A stretch of 56,193 nucleotides of DNA. It comes from Octopus bimaculoides. Taxonomy: Eukaryota. This document shows positions 23,392 through 34,777 of this stretch, one piece after another (the first letter of the stretch is position 1; each line of letters starts with the position of its first letter). The stretch lies in NCBI RefSeq assembly GCF_001194135.2, contig NC_069010.1:7246427-7302619 (forward strand), given 5' to 3'. The notes below the pieces were generated by a model. It searched no databases, was not told the origin of the DNA, and was given only the letters and a program-made list of their open reading frames with translations. The position numbers and the translations under genes are program-made.

Positions 23392-23992
23392 GTTGTCCGT
23401 GTTATTGCGTACAGTTACAATTAACGCGTAAATACGTGCACACATACATACACACACACACACACACATTGTCTCCCTTCCGGATGTTGATGTTTTTAAC
23501 ACATACATACATATACAGACACACATGCATATACATGTATGTTTCATATATATATGTAACTGTGTTCGTATTATATATATATATATATATAGATTATATT
23601 ATTATATTATATTCACACGCACGAACACATACATATATATGTACATAATTATATATAGATTTAAGCCCCCACACATATACATACAGACATATAAACACAC
23701 GTGCGCGCACACATATATATTCCTATACTTCACCGCAGCTTAGTATCCGGTTTCTCACTTAAGAGAAACTTCGTTATGTTTTTGTCTTGTTTTTGCCGTT
23801 AATATCATAGTTGTTGTTTAGTTAACAAGGACACAGAACGACATTGTAAACTAAATATACATGACGTCAACCATATTATAGAGCATTGAACCATATCCTG
23901 TTCAGTTTGTTTCTCTATATGATATAATGAATATATTATATTTCGTTGGTGGTACTTAGATATCCTCCTAGAGATGATAAGAGATGCAACTT

Positions 23993-24031
<39 letters not shown>

Positions 24032-24055
24032 NNNNNNNNNNNNNNNATATATATT

Positions 24056-24268
24056 CAGGGGTGTTGAAAAGTCCCTCGCTTTCGGTAAAAGAATATACAG
24101 GAAAATCAGTGAATTATGATTTTATTCAACATAGTCCCTTCTCAGATTCATGCACTTACTGCAGCAGTCCTTCAGTTTTTCTAAGCCCTGTAAAATAACT
24201 TGGAAGATTGGCCTCCAACCAGGCCTTTCACGATAGCCTTAAAGCCAGGAACTTTTCAGCACCCCTAG
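24056..24268. mobile_element. mariner/Tc1-derived MITE
   Basis: Inverted ends AGGGGTGTTGAAAAGTCCCTCGCTTT / AAAGCCAGGAACTTTTCAGCACCCCT in a TA-rich context. Confidence 0.7.
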
Positions 24269-24719
24269 TGTGTGTATATATATATATATATATGTATATG
24301 TATGAGTATATATATATATGTATGTGTGTGTGTGTGTACATAACATTAATAAAATTATAAATATTAATAAAAATATACATATACAATATAGGTCTATTTT
24401 TCCTGGTTGCTTCACCATACCTATATATATATATATATATATGTATATATGCATACATAGTTATATATATTAATTGAAGTGTACAGTATTATCTATCTAT
24501 TACAGCCAATCTTATCAATCAGTTTCACACTAATGGTTGCACAGAATGTTGTGTAACAGCCTGATTATGAAACCATGCACTCTTCAGAGGTGGTAGTTAT
24601 GGAATGAAATATGGCAACTGCATGTATCTTATTTTGTGTAGTCGAGTAGAGGTTATCAGAAAAGGTAGTTTTTGTATGCAGAAGATTCACAGGAGCCAAC
24701 AAAACTACAGACACTTGGG

Positions 24720-25290
24720 AAATCAATTTTCTCACATACCCTGATGGGACATGTTAGAGTTAGTGAACTATCTCTGCTACCTAGGGGACCTAGTTAGCTG
24801 TGGGGGAGGATTCACAGAAAGTGTAATCACTAGAATAAGAATAGGATGGAAAAAATTCAAAGAGCTTTTACACCTGTTGGCAACCAAAGTCCTCTTTCTC
24901 TCTCTGAATGGAAGGAAGATGGCATGATGCATGTATGCAACCAACAGTACTGAATGGTAGTGAAATGTGGGGCCTTAAATGCAGAGGATATGCAAAGGCT
25001 AGAGAGAAATGATGTTAGTATGATCCACTGGATGTGTAATGTCTGTGGACTTGTGCAACAGAGTACTAGTGCTTTGAGGGAAAAGTTGTGCATAAGAAGA
25101 ATTAGATGCAGTGTGTAAGACACAAGACTGCACTGGTTTGGTCATGTGATGTGTATGGATGCAGACAGTTGCATACATAAGTGCTGATCACATAAAAAAT
25201 TGATGGAACTTGTAGAAGAGGGAGACCTAGGAAGACATGGCACAAAGTATTAAAGGCTGATCTCAAGACACTCACTTTAAAGGGCCGATA
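24720..25290 (+). mobile_element. RTE-clade LINE, degenerate C-terminal RT region
   Basis: Frameshifted CYLGD...TRIRIGWKKFKELL...GSEMW-LNAEDMQRLERN...LHWFGHV...GRPRKTW. Confidence 0.85.
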
Positions 25291-25532
25291 TATCTGGCAC
25301 CTTACTGTACCTGTCTGCCACAGAAGAATTTATGCCAGTGCTGGTGCCACAGAGAAAGCACACACGTAAAAAGCAGTGGTGCTGGTGTCACATAAGAAGC
25401 TGCCAGTACACTCTGTAAAATGATTGGCACTAGGAAGGGCATCCAGCTGCAGAAACCATGCCAAAATTGACCACCACTTGTCAAACTATCCAACCAATAC
25501 CAGCATGGAAAGTGGATGGTAAATCATAATGA

Positions 25533-25582
<50 letters not shown>

Positions 25583-25989
25583 TCATCATCATCATTGTTT
25601 AACGCCCGCTTTCCATGCTAGCATGGGTTGGATGATCTGACTGAGGACTGGTGAACCAGATGGCTGCACCAGGCTCCAATCTGATCTGGCAGAGTTTCTA
25701 CAGCTGGATGCCCTTCCTAACGACAACCACTCCGAGAGTGTAGCGGGTGCTTTTATGTGCCACTGGCACGAGGGTCAGTCAGGAGGTACTGGCAACGGCC
25801 ACGCTCAAAATGGTGTTTTTTTACGTGCCACCTGCACAAGAGCCAGTGCAGCGGCACTGGCAACAACCTCGCTCGAATGATTTTCTAACGTGCCACCAGC
25901 ACAAGTGCCATATATATATATATATATATGTTGTTGGGACTCCCTTCGGTGATGAATGACCATGGGATTGCACCTAGATTGCACCGGAG

Positions 25990-26195
25990 ATGTACTTGCA
26001 CAGCAAGTGACTTGATCTGAGATCATATGCTAAAAGAAAAAAAAACTGCAGTGTGGAAGGTGTTTATAACCCATTTAAAAAAAACACACACAAAAACCAA
26101 TAGATTCACTTCAACATTTAAGTTTAATTTGTCAAAATGTTTTCATCGCTTTTGAAACTGCGATCTATTCGAAATTCCGTGCTGCATCAGACGCA
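25990..26195 (+). repeat. Dispersed repeat; second copy inverted at about 3273-3480
   Basis: GGAGATGTACTTGCACAGCAA...GATTCACTTCAACATTTAA is the reverse complement of 3350-3480. Confidence 0.75.
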
Positions 26196-26689
26196 GCACG
26201 GAATTTTGTTAGTGAACAGGTTGCAGTTTCAAATAAAATAATGACTAAAAATATATTTATCCTCTCATACCATCCACGCACACACACACATATGTATTCT
26301 TTTCTACTATTTGTTTCGGTCATTGGACAGCGGCCATGCTCTGGCACTGCTTTTAGTCGAACAGATCAACCCCAGGAGTTACTCTTTGTAAGCCTAGTAC
26401 TTATTCTATCGGTCTCTTTTACCGAACCGCTAAGTTACTGGGACATTAGCACACCAACATCGGTTATCAAACGATGGTTGGGGTTGGACTAACACACACA
26501 CACATATGACGGGCTTCTTTCAGTTTCCGTCTACCAAATCCACTCACAAGGCTTTGGCCAGCCCGAGGCTATAGCAGAAGACACTTGGCCTTTTATCCTT
26601 TCGGGGTCGAAATTTATCGACTAGTCCCTCCCCTCCCGCAAAATTTCCCGTATAAAATGCAATATCTGTTTGAGAAAATAGAAGGAAGT

Positions 26690-27010
26690 CTTCTCAGTAA
26701 TTCTTCCCATCATCTCCTGCCCTCCCCTCCCCCACCACTTTCTTTGCCGGTTTCTTTTAGATAAGCCGCCATGTTGGATACGGCTTTCGGAAATAGCATG
26801 GCTACAGTGCGGCCAAAGACAAAAGAAGCGAACGGACACAGAATGCCGTGGTCGGTTCCAGAAGGTGAAATGGAAAAGATTAGGGCAAAATTAATGCATA
26901 TAAGAGAACCAAAAAAAAAAAAATAGCCATAATTCTCCCCCACCTCCTCCTCCCATTTCCCAACGTTAACGGAACGCTTTCGATGCATAACAAAGGATGC
27001 CGGGAAGGGA
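26690..27010. promoter_or_regulatory. CpG-containing unique island with YY1-type motif (GCCGCCATGTTGG, ~26766-26778); candidate promoter between the divergent genes
   Basis: Locally GC/CpG-rich non-repetitive patch in AT-rich surroundings; matches the CCGCCATNTT YY1 consensus. Which gene it serves cannot be determined from sequence. Confidence 0.4.
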
Positions 27011-28139
27011 GAATTATTATAATAAACGTATTATAATGGTTTTGTTTTTAAAAATATTTTTAATAATTAATGTTTTGTATTTAAATGAAGTAATATAAAA
27101 AAGACACAATCAATAATTCCGTCCCCCTCTTACTACAAGTAACGGAAAGTTGTAAATACGTGACCGGCGAGAATAATTATAATAATAATATTCAACATAT
27201 TATTATTATGGTTTTGTTTTTAAAAATGCATTTAATGATAAGTTATTTGTTTTTAAAAAGACAAAAAAAAAGCAACGGCGAATATATTAAAATATGTAAA
27301 TGTTTTTTGTGTTTAGCGGAGAAAGGGGTAAGAAAGGAGAGGATTATTTAAAAATATTTTCAATGGTCAATATTTTGCATTTCGATATAAAAATCATATC
27401 AAGGATGAATATATTAAAATATATTTATAAATAATGAAAGTTTTTTTGTTTAGTGAAGAAACAGCGTTAGAAAGGAAGAGAGGGGTGAAAAATAAAACTT
27501 ATATTGTTTTCGAAGAAAAAATTATAAATGCAAGATGAATATACAAAAGTATAGCTTATGATGATGATTATTTTGAATTTAAAAATAAAGTAAGGAAATA
27601 AAAATAAAATAACGAACGCTAAAAAATAATAATGAATATGTTTTAAAAGTAAAAAACAAAAGATGTTTTATACTAAAATATCGCTGCGAAATGTGTGACT
27701 AGCTTAGCTAATTAACTATGGCATCTCGCTATAATATTTAATAGAAGAAAGACAGGGAAACAGAAAAAGCAGAAGAAATATATACATCTATATGTTTACA
27801 TATATATACATGTATGTATATATATCTACACACTTCTCGGCACTAGATGTTTGGTAAGTAACAAGAAAATATACATCTAAAGAAACCGATCTCCATCTTC
27901 CTAACGTATTTCCTTTTATCCTCGTTCTTTTATAAAGATCTCGAATCACACCGTTGTTTTTCTTCCCATTCTACTCACACAAACACGCATGTATATGTAT
28001 ATATAAAGACGATGATGGTACTGCGGATCGATCTCTCCTCTGTGTGCATTTATTTGCACACGATTCACGGTTAATGAGTTTCCATTATGTCTTTGTTTAT
28101 TATCCATATTTTCTTTTACAAAAAATCAGGTTACCTAAT

Positions 28140-29300
28140 GATGTCTTAAGGCGTGCAGTTGTGATTTAAGGGAGCCTTGGCTGCTATTTCTAATATTATT
28201 TCCACAACTGTTCTCCGTACAACAGCTAAGCTCAAATCCTGAGCATTATGATTTTTGATCATCTATATCTCCATTCGTGACCGTTCCTTCTTATTTTAAA
28301 AACCTACGTCACCTTAACTTAACGATCTGGCAAAGAGATCGATAGAATAAGTGCTGGAATCGATTTGTTCGATCAAAATTCTTCATGGCGTTGCTCCAGC
28401 ATGGCTGCAGTCTACTTATTGAAACAAGATAAAAGATAAGTGTATGTTTTTAGACACGCGGTAGTGATCTGAAGGAGATCCGATTATTATTTCTAGCATT
28501 TTGAATGACCACATAGTGGTCTCTGTGCAATAGCGAAGCTCAGAGTCCGATCATTATTATTGTTTATCATCTATATTTCCAACCGTGACGCTCCCGCCGT
28601 CTATTAAAATAATTATGGTTATCTGAGGGCTGTCTTACATTTTTCATCTGCTTTTTTTAAAACACCAGATTGTGATTTTTAAGACTTGGCTCTTATTTCT
28701 AGCATTTCGATTGACCACATAGTAGTCTCCGTGATCTCTTTTTCCAACCGTGACCATTCTGTTAAAAAAAAAAAAAATTCAAGGTTGTCTAAGGGTTGAG
28801 ATTTGAGGGAGGCTTAACTGCTATTTCTAGCATTTTAGATAACTACGTAGTGGTATCTATGCAGCAAAGCTCAGAGCCCGGGCTTTGTCTTTGTTCATCA
28901 TCTGTATTTCTAGCCGTGACCGTCCCGCCTGCTTTAAAAAAAAGAATCAAGATTGTCTAAGGGCTGATTTACATTCTTTATTTGCTAGACGTCAGACTGT
29001 AATTTGAGTGAATTGTGGCTGTTATTTCTTGCATTTCGAATGACCACATGCTGGTCTCTGTAATGTATATTTCGTCTGCCTTAAAAATCAAGGGCTTATT
29101 TTTTGACACCAAGTTCAGATTTGGTGTGGGGTGACCTATGTGATGTCGTGTTGTGTTTAAGTTCCAGGACAGAAAACAAAGGCAATCCATTTATAACCAT
29201 CCTGTTTGATTTTTCAGTACGTCTTTGTTTTAATGGCATTAAAGGGTGTGATCGGAGGGAGTTTTGGCTGCTATTTCTAGCACTTACAAACCTCCCGTAT
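28140..29300 (+). repeat. Degenerate tandem array of about 6 units (GGCTGCTATTTCTAGCATT...GACCACATAG...CCAACCGTGACC)
   Basis: CTATTTCTAGC-like anchors at about 28185, 28490, 28695, 28822, 29022, 29272. Confidence 0.7.
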
Positions 29301-29479
29301 GTGATATGATGTTGATGAATCTCATCCCTCTCTTCGCCCTTCAGTTCGGATGCTGATTGATCATCGATGTTCCAGCCGTGACCATCCTTTTGTATTGTAC
29401 TACATTGTCTATGTCCTGCTTCTTTCAATGTGATTTGATAGACATTTAACTGCTATTTCACGCACATCCAGCGATCATT

Positions 29480-29743
29480 TAGCAGAGGGCTCTTGTGTGG
29501 TTTCGCTGCTCCTCTCACCTCATTCAGCTCGGACAAGGAGACAATCCAACCACGACGACCACCAATCGTTTTTGTTTTTAATTTCCATGAAGATCACATC
29601 ATCGGGATTTCTGTCATCGAGAACCTAGGAATCCGCTGAGAAAAAAACAAAAAACCCAAACAAAACAAAATTCCGGAGTTTCTGCTAGCTAAGTCGTCGT
29701 CGGACTGTATACATTTATGTACAGAAGTGTCCACAAAGTCCGG
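29480..29743 (+). other. Candidate non-coding first exon of PBRM1
   Basis: CpG-containing unique sequence ending at donor CGG|GTACGT (29744), 1.8 kb upstream of the ATG-containing exon, which has its own acceptor at 31504. Start approximate. Confidence 0.4.
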
Positions 29744-30163
29744 GTACGTTGGGGGATTAACACATACTTTAACAAATTATTATTTCTTATATTTAATTGT
29801 TTATGTTATGATTTTATTTAGTCCCCGTACACAGACTTTGTGGACACCCTGTATATATGTACACACACACACACACATACATTTATGTGTATGTATATAT
29901 TGTATAAGTGTTTTCAATATATCCTCCCTTTTTTTTTTGTTGTCAATTTACACACCCGATCTTTTCATTCGTATATATGCATGCGCGTTCGTATAGGTAT
30001 TACTCCCTTTTCCTTTCTACATACATCGTGTGTTATATATATCTATGTATATGCATGGGTGTGTTGTTGTTTAACCCAAGGTCAACAATGATCAAAGGCG
30101 TTCCAGTCGTGAGCATCTCTTTGTTGTTTTTTGTTGTTGTTTTTTTGGCTTTTTCCTTTGTTG

Positions 30164-30201
<38 letters not shown>

Positions 30202-30629
30202 NNNNNNNNNNNNNNNNNNNNNNNNNNNNNNNNNNNNNNNNNNNNNNNNNNNNNNNNNNNNNNNNNNNNNNNNNNNNNNNNNNNNNNNNNNNNNNNNNNN
30301 NNNNNNNNNNNNNNNNNNNNNNNNNNNNNNNNNNNNNNNNNNNNNNNNNNNNNNNNNNNNNNNNNNNNNNNNNNNNNNNNNNNNNNNNNNNNNNNNNNNN
30401 NNNNNNNNNNNNNNNNNNNNNNNNNNNNNNNNNNNNNNNNNNNNNNNNNNNNNNNNNNNNNNNNNNNNNNNNNNNNNNNNNNNNNNNNNNNNNNNNNNNN
30501 NNNNNNNNNNNNNNNNNNNNNNNNNNNNNNNNNNNNNNNNNNNNNNNNNNNNNNNNNNNNNNNNNNNNNNNNNNNNNNNNNNNNNNNNNNNNNNNNNNNN
30601 NNNNNNNNNNNNNNNNNNNNNNNNNNNNC

Positions 30630-30930
30630 TAGTACTTATTCTATCGGTCTCTTTTGCCGAACCGCTAGGTTACGGGGACGTAAACACACCAGCATCGGTT
30701 GTCAAACGATGTTGGGGAACAAACACAGACACACAAACATACACACACACACATATATATATACATATATATACGACGGGCTTCTTTCAGTTTCCGTCTA
30801 CCAAATCCACTCACAAGGCTTTGGTCGGCCCGAGGCTATAGTAGAAGACACTTGCCCAAGATGCCATGCAGTGGGACTGAACCCGGAACCATGTGGTTGG
30901 TAAGCAAGCTACTTACCACACAGCCACTCC
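30630..30930 (-). mobile_element. SINE family A copy
   Basis: High-identity reverse complement of 54651-54960. Confidence 0.9.
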
Positions 30931-31627
30931 TATTTTTTCTATCCCCCTAAACTTGAAGATTACCATATAGGTATATATATATATATATATATATTTTGCA
31001 TGCTTCAGTCATTTGACTGTGGTCATGCTGGAGCACTACCTTTAGTTGATCCAGTTTATTCCAGGACTTATTTTTTGTAAGCCTAGTACTTATTCTATCG
31101 GTCGCTTTTGCCGAACTGCTAGGTAACGGGGATGTAAACACACCAACATTAGTTGTTAAGCGATGGTGGCGGGGACACAGACACACAAATATATATNNNN
31201 NNNNNNGACTGAACCCGGAACCATGTGGTTGTGAAGCAAGCTACTTACCACACAGCTATGCCTGCGCCTATGTGTATATATATATATATCCAATTTCTTT
31301 CTGCAAAATCCACTCACAAGACTTTGGTTACCTAGGAACCATAGTAGAAGACACTTGCCCAAGGTGCCATGCTGTGGCAGTGAACCTGAGACCATTACAT
31401 TTGGGAGCAAACTTTATCTCGACTATAAACCTAAAAATAATTTGAATAAAATACCAGACATAATTCTTTATATTGATTTTTCTTTTTACCTTCTTTCATT
31501 TCAGATCTTTAAATTAACTTAACTGTAATTATAGTAAATTATATTTTTAAAAAAAACCAAAAAAAAAAAAACCCCCATAAAACAAAACAGAATTGTGATA
31601 CAGAAGTGAAGGATACAAGAAACTAAA

Positions 31628-31738
31628 ATGCCAAGTAAAAGAAAACGGCCGACCCAAAATGTGGACAACAAGAGCGAGGACTCTGATCTCTCAACCCCTG
31701 TTCCCAATAAGAAGAAGAAGAAAGCCCCTTATGATCCC
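31628..31738 (+). CDS. PBRM1: PBRM1 first coding exon: MPSKRKRPTQNVDNKSEDSDLSTPVPNKKKKKAPYDP (exon begins at 31505 with 5'UTR)
   Basis: AAAATGC start context, GTAAGT donor at 31739 and acceptor tttcag at 31504. Parallels human MGSKRRR...STPGPSRKRRR...VDP; contains a basic NLS-like cluster. Confidence 0.9.
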
Positions 31739-32464
31739 GTAAGTAATATCCTCCTTTTCCTTGTACTTTGGTTTGTTTAATCCAGGGCTTCTCAACTGTT
31801 TTTTATTTGATGACGGTGTTNNNNNNNNNNNNNNNNNNNNNNNNNNNNNNNNNNNNNNNNNNNNNNNNNNNNNNNNNNNNNNNNNNNNNNNNNNNNNNNN
31901 NNNNNNNNNNNNNNNNNNNNNNNNNNNNNNNNNNNNNNNNNNNNNNNNNNNNNNNNNNNNNNNNNNNNNNNNNNNNNNNNNNNNNNNNNNNNNNNNNNNN
32001 NNNNNNNNNNNNNNNNNNNNNNNNNNNNNNNNNNNNNNNNNNNNNNNNNNNNNNNNNNNNNNNNNNNNNNNNNNNNNNNNNNNNNNNNNNNNNNNNNNNN
32101 NNNNNNNNNNNNNNNNNNNNNNNNNNNNNNNNNNNNNNNNNNNNNNNNNNNNNNNNNNNNNNNNNNNNNNNNNNNNNNNNNNNNNNNNNNNNNNNNNNNN
32201 NNNNNNNNNNNNNNNNNNNNNNNNNNNNNNNNNNNNNNNNNNNNNNNNNNNNNNNNNNNNNNNNNNNNNNNNNNNNNNNNNNNNNNNNNNNNNNNNNNNN
32301 NNNNNNNNNNNNNNNNNNNNNNNNNNNNNNNNNNNNNNNNNNNNNNNNNNNNNNNNNNNNNNNNNNNNNNNNNNNNNNNNNNNNNNNNNNNNNNNNNNNN
32401 NNNNNNNNNNNNNNNNNNNNNNNNNNNNNNNNNNNNNNNNNNNNNNNNNNNNNNNNNNNNNNNN

Positions 32465-32509
<45 letters not shown>

Positions 32510-32563
32510 TGTGTGTGTGTATTTATACATATTTATGTGTTTATATATTTTCTCTTTCTCAAG

Positions 32564-32661
32564 ATTGAAATCTGTCAAGACCTTTACGAAACAATACGGA
32601 ATTACAAGACAGAAGATGGCCGTTTGCTGTGTGAAGCCTTCATCAGGGCACCGAAACGAAG
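32564..32661 (+). CDS. PBRM1: PBRM1 exon, bromodomain 1 start: IEICQDLYETIRNYKTEDGRLLCEAFIRAPKR(R)
   Basis: ctcaag acceptor and GTGAGA donor; 98 bp, phase 0->2. Matches polybromo BD1 GRLLCELFIRAPKRR. Confidence 0.96.
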
Positions 32662-33219
32662 GTGAGACGTTAGATACATAACGACATAATCCGCTCTCAT
32701 GTTTCTGATTTTTACCATTGCATGGCTAAGTGGTTGGCTCATGATCGTAAGGCTGCAAGTTCAATACCTGGTGGTGTGTTGTGTCCTTGAGCAAGACACT
32801 CTATTTCACATTGTTTCCCGTCCACTCAGCTGGCAAAAATGAGTCGTACTTGTATTTGAAAGGGCCAGCCTTGTCACATTCTATGTCATGTTGCATCCCT
32901 CTGAGAACTATGTTAAGGGTACACATCACTGTAGAGTGCTCAACCTTTTGCACAATTCCCAGACTGGAGGGGCATTGTGGTCTTGGACAAAACATTACTA
33001 TTATTTACAAGATTGTGAAAGACCTGGTTGGGGGCCGGCCCAACCTTCTGAGTTCTTTTACAGGGCTTGAAAAAACTGAGGGACTGTTGAAATGAGTGTG
33101 TGAATCTGAGAGGGGAACATGTTGAACGAAATCCTAATTAACTGATCCTCCTGTATTTTGTTTTTACCCAAAGGCACCCAGTCTTATATATCTTTGTGTA
33201 TGTTTTTGTCTCATTTCAG

Positions 33220-33367
33220 AACTGCTGCTGATTACTATGACGTAGTGAGTACACCCATTGATCTCTTGAAGATTCAACAGAAATTAAAGACTGATGAATA
33301 TGATGAATTGGAGCAGTTTGCTGCTGACATTGAACTGATGGTCAACAACACTAAAGCTTATTACAGA
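33220..33367 (+). CDS. PBRM1: PBRM1 exon, bromodomain 1: TAADYYDVVSTPIDLLKIQQKLKTDEYDELEQFAADIELMVNNTKAYYR
   Basis: tttcag acceptor and GTAAGT donor; 148 bp, phase 2->0. Bromodomain DYY..PIDL..I..K...N..YY signature. Confidence 0.97.
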
Positions 33368-33498
33368 GTAAGTAGCAGGGAGCATTTAGGGTAGGGCTTG
33401 ATGGTGGGGGGGCGTTGGAAGAAGGCTTCTGTTTAAGCCTTTAGCATTCAGATTATTCTATCAAATGTAATTTCCCTTTCTTTCACATTTATGAACAG

Positions 33499-34050
33499 GC
33501 GTAGGAGTGGCTGTGTGGTAAGTAGCTTGCTTACCAACCACATGGTTCCGGGTTCAGTCCCACTGCGTGGCACCGTGGGCAAGTGTCTTCTACTATAGCC
33601 TCGGGCAGACCAAAGCCTTGTGAGTGGATTTGGTAGACGGAAACTGAAAAAAGCCCATAGTATATATGTATATATATATATATTCTCTGAGTGGTTGGCG
33701 TTAGGAAGGGCATCCAGCTGTAGAAACGCTGCCAAATTTAGATTGGAGCCTGGTATTGCCATCCGGTTTCACCAGTCCTCAGTCAAGTCGTCCAACCCAT
33801 GCTAGCATGGAAAGCGGACGTTAAACGATGATGATGATGTATATGTTTGTGTGTCTGTGTTTGTCCCCCTAGCATTGCTTGACAACCNNNNNNNNNNTTT
33901 ACGTCCCCGTAACTTAGCGGTTCGGCATAAGAGACCGATAGAATAAGTACTAGGCTTACAAAGAATAAGTCCCGGGATCGATTTGCTCGACTAAAAGGCA
34001 GTGCTCCAGCATGGCCACAGTCAAATGACCGAAACAAATAAAGGAGTAAA
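33499..34050 (+). mobile_element. SINE family A copy interrupted by a family C SINE (33685-33838)
   Basis: Family A head and core at 33499-33660 resume at ~33840 after a complete family C 3' segment. Confidence 0.85.
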
Positions 34051-34552
34051 AAGAGTATCAACCCGCTCCGAGAGTGTAACGGGTGCTTTTACGTGCCACC
34101 GGCACAGGTGCCATTTGTGTGACACTAGTATCTGCCACGACTGCAATTTTACCTGGCATGACGGGTCTTCTTCTCAAGCCTTTCATCCTTTCAGAGTCGA
34201 TAAAATAAGTACCAGTTACGCACTGGGATCAGTGGAATCGACTTATCCCCTCCCCTCAAAATGGCTGCCCTTGTACCAAAATTTGAAACCATTATTATAG
34301 TTATTATTGTTACTACTCTTATTATTATTATTATTGTTAAGGCGGTGAGTTGGCAGAATCGTTAGCATGCTGGGCGAAATGCTTAGTGGCATTTCATCTG
34401 TCCTTACGCTCTGAGTTCAAATTTCGCCAAGGTCAACCTCACCTTCCATCCTTTCAGGGTTGATGAAATATATACCAGTTACGCACTGGGGTCGATGAAA
34501 TTGACTAGCAACCCTCCACTAAATTTCAAGCCTTGTGCCTATAGTAGAAAGG

Positions 34553-34587
<35 letters not shown>

Positions 34588-34706
34588 CATTACTGCTATT
34601 GTTATATTAGTTGGAAGTATGTGTTTATATTTGTGGGGTTAGGGGTTTTTAAATGAGAAGGAAGAGGTGCAAGTGAGAGAGGTCAATTTATTCTACTGAT
34701 ACTTTT

Positions 34707-34740
<34 letters not shown>

Positions 34741-34777
34741 ATGGTGTGTTTTTTGTCTTTTTTTTCTTTTTGTGCAG

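Noticed and set aside
26710-26988. 92-aa minus-strand ORF, or ATG in AACATGGCGGC, as the ARIH2 start
   Set aside because: It stops after 20 codons from that ATG, has no good donor and no similarity to the acidic ARIH2 N-terminus.
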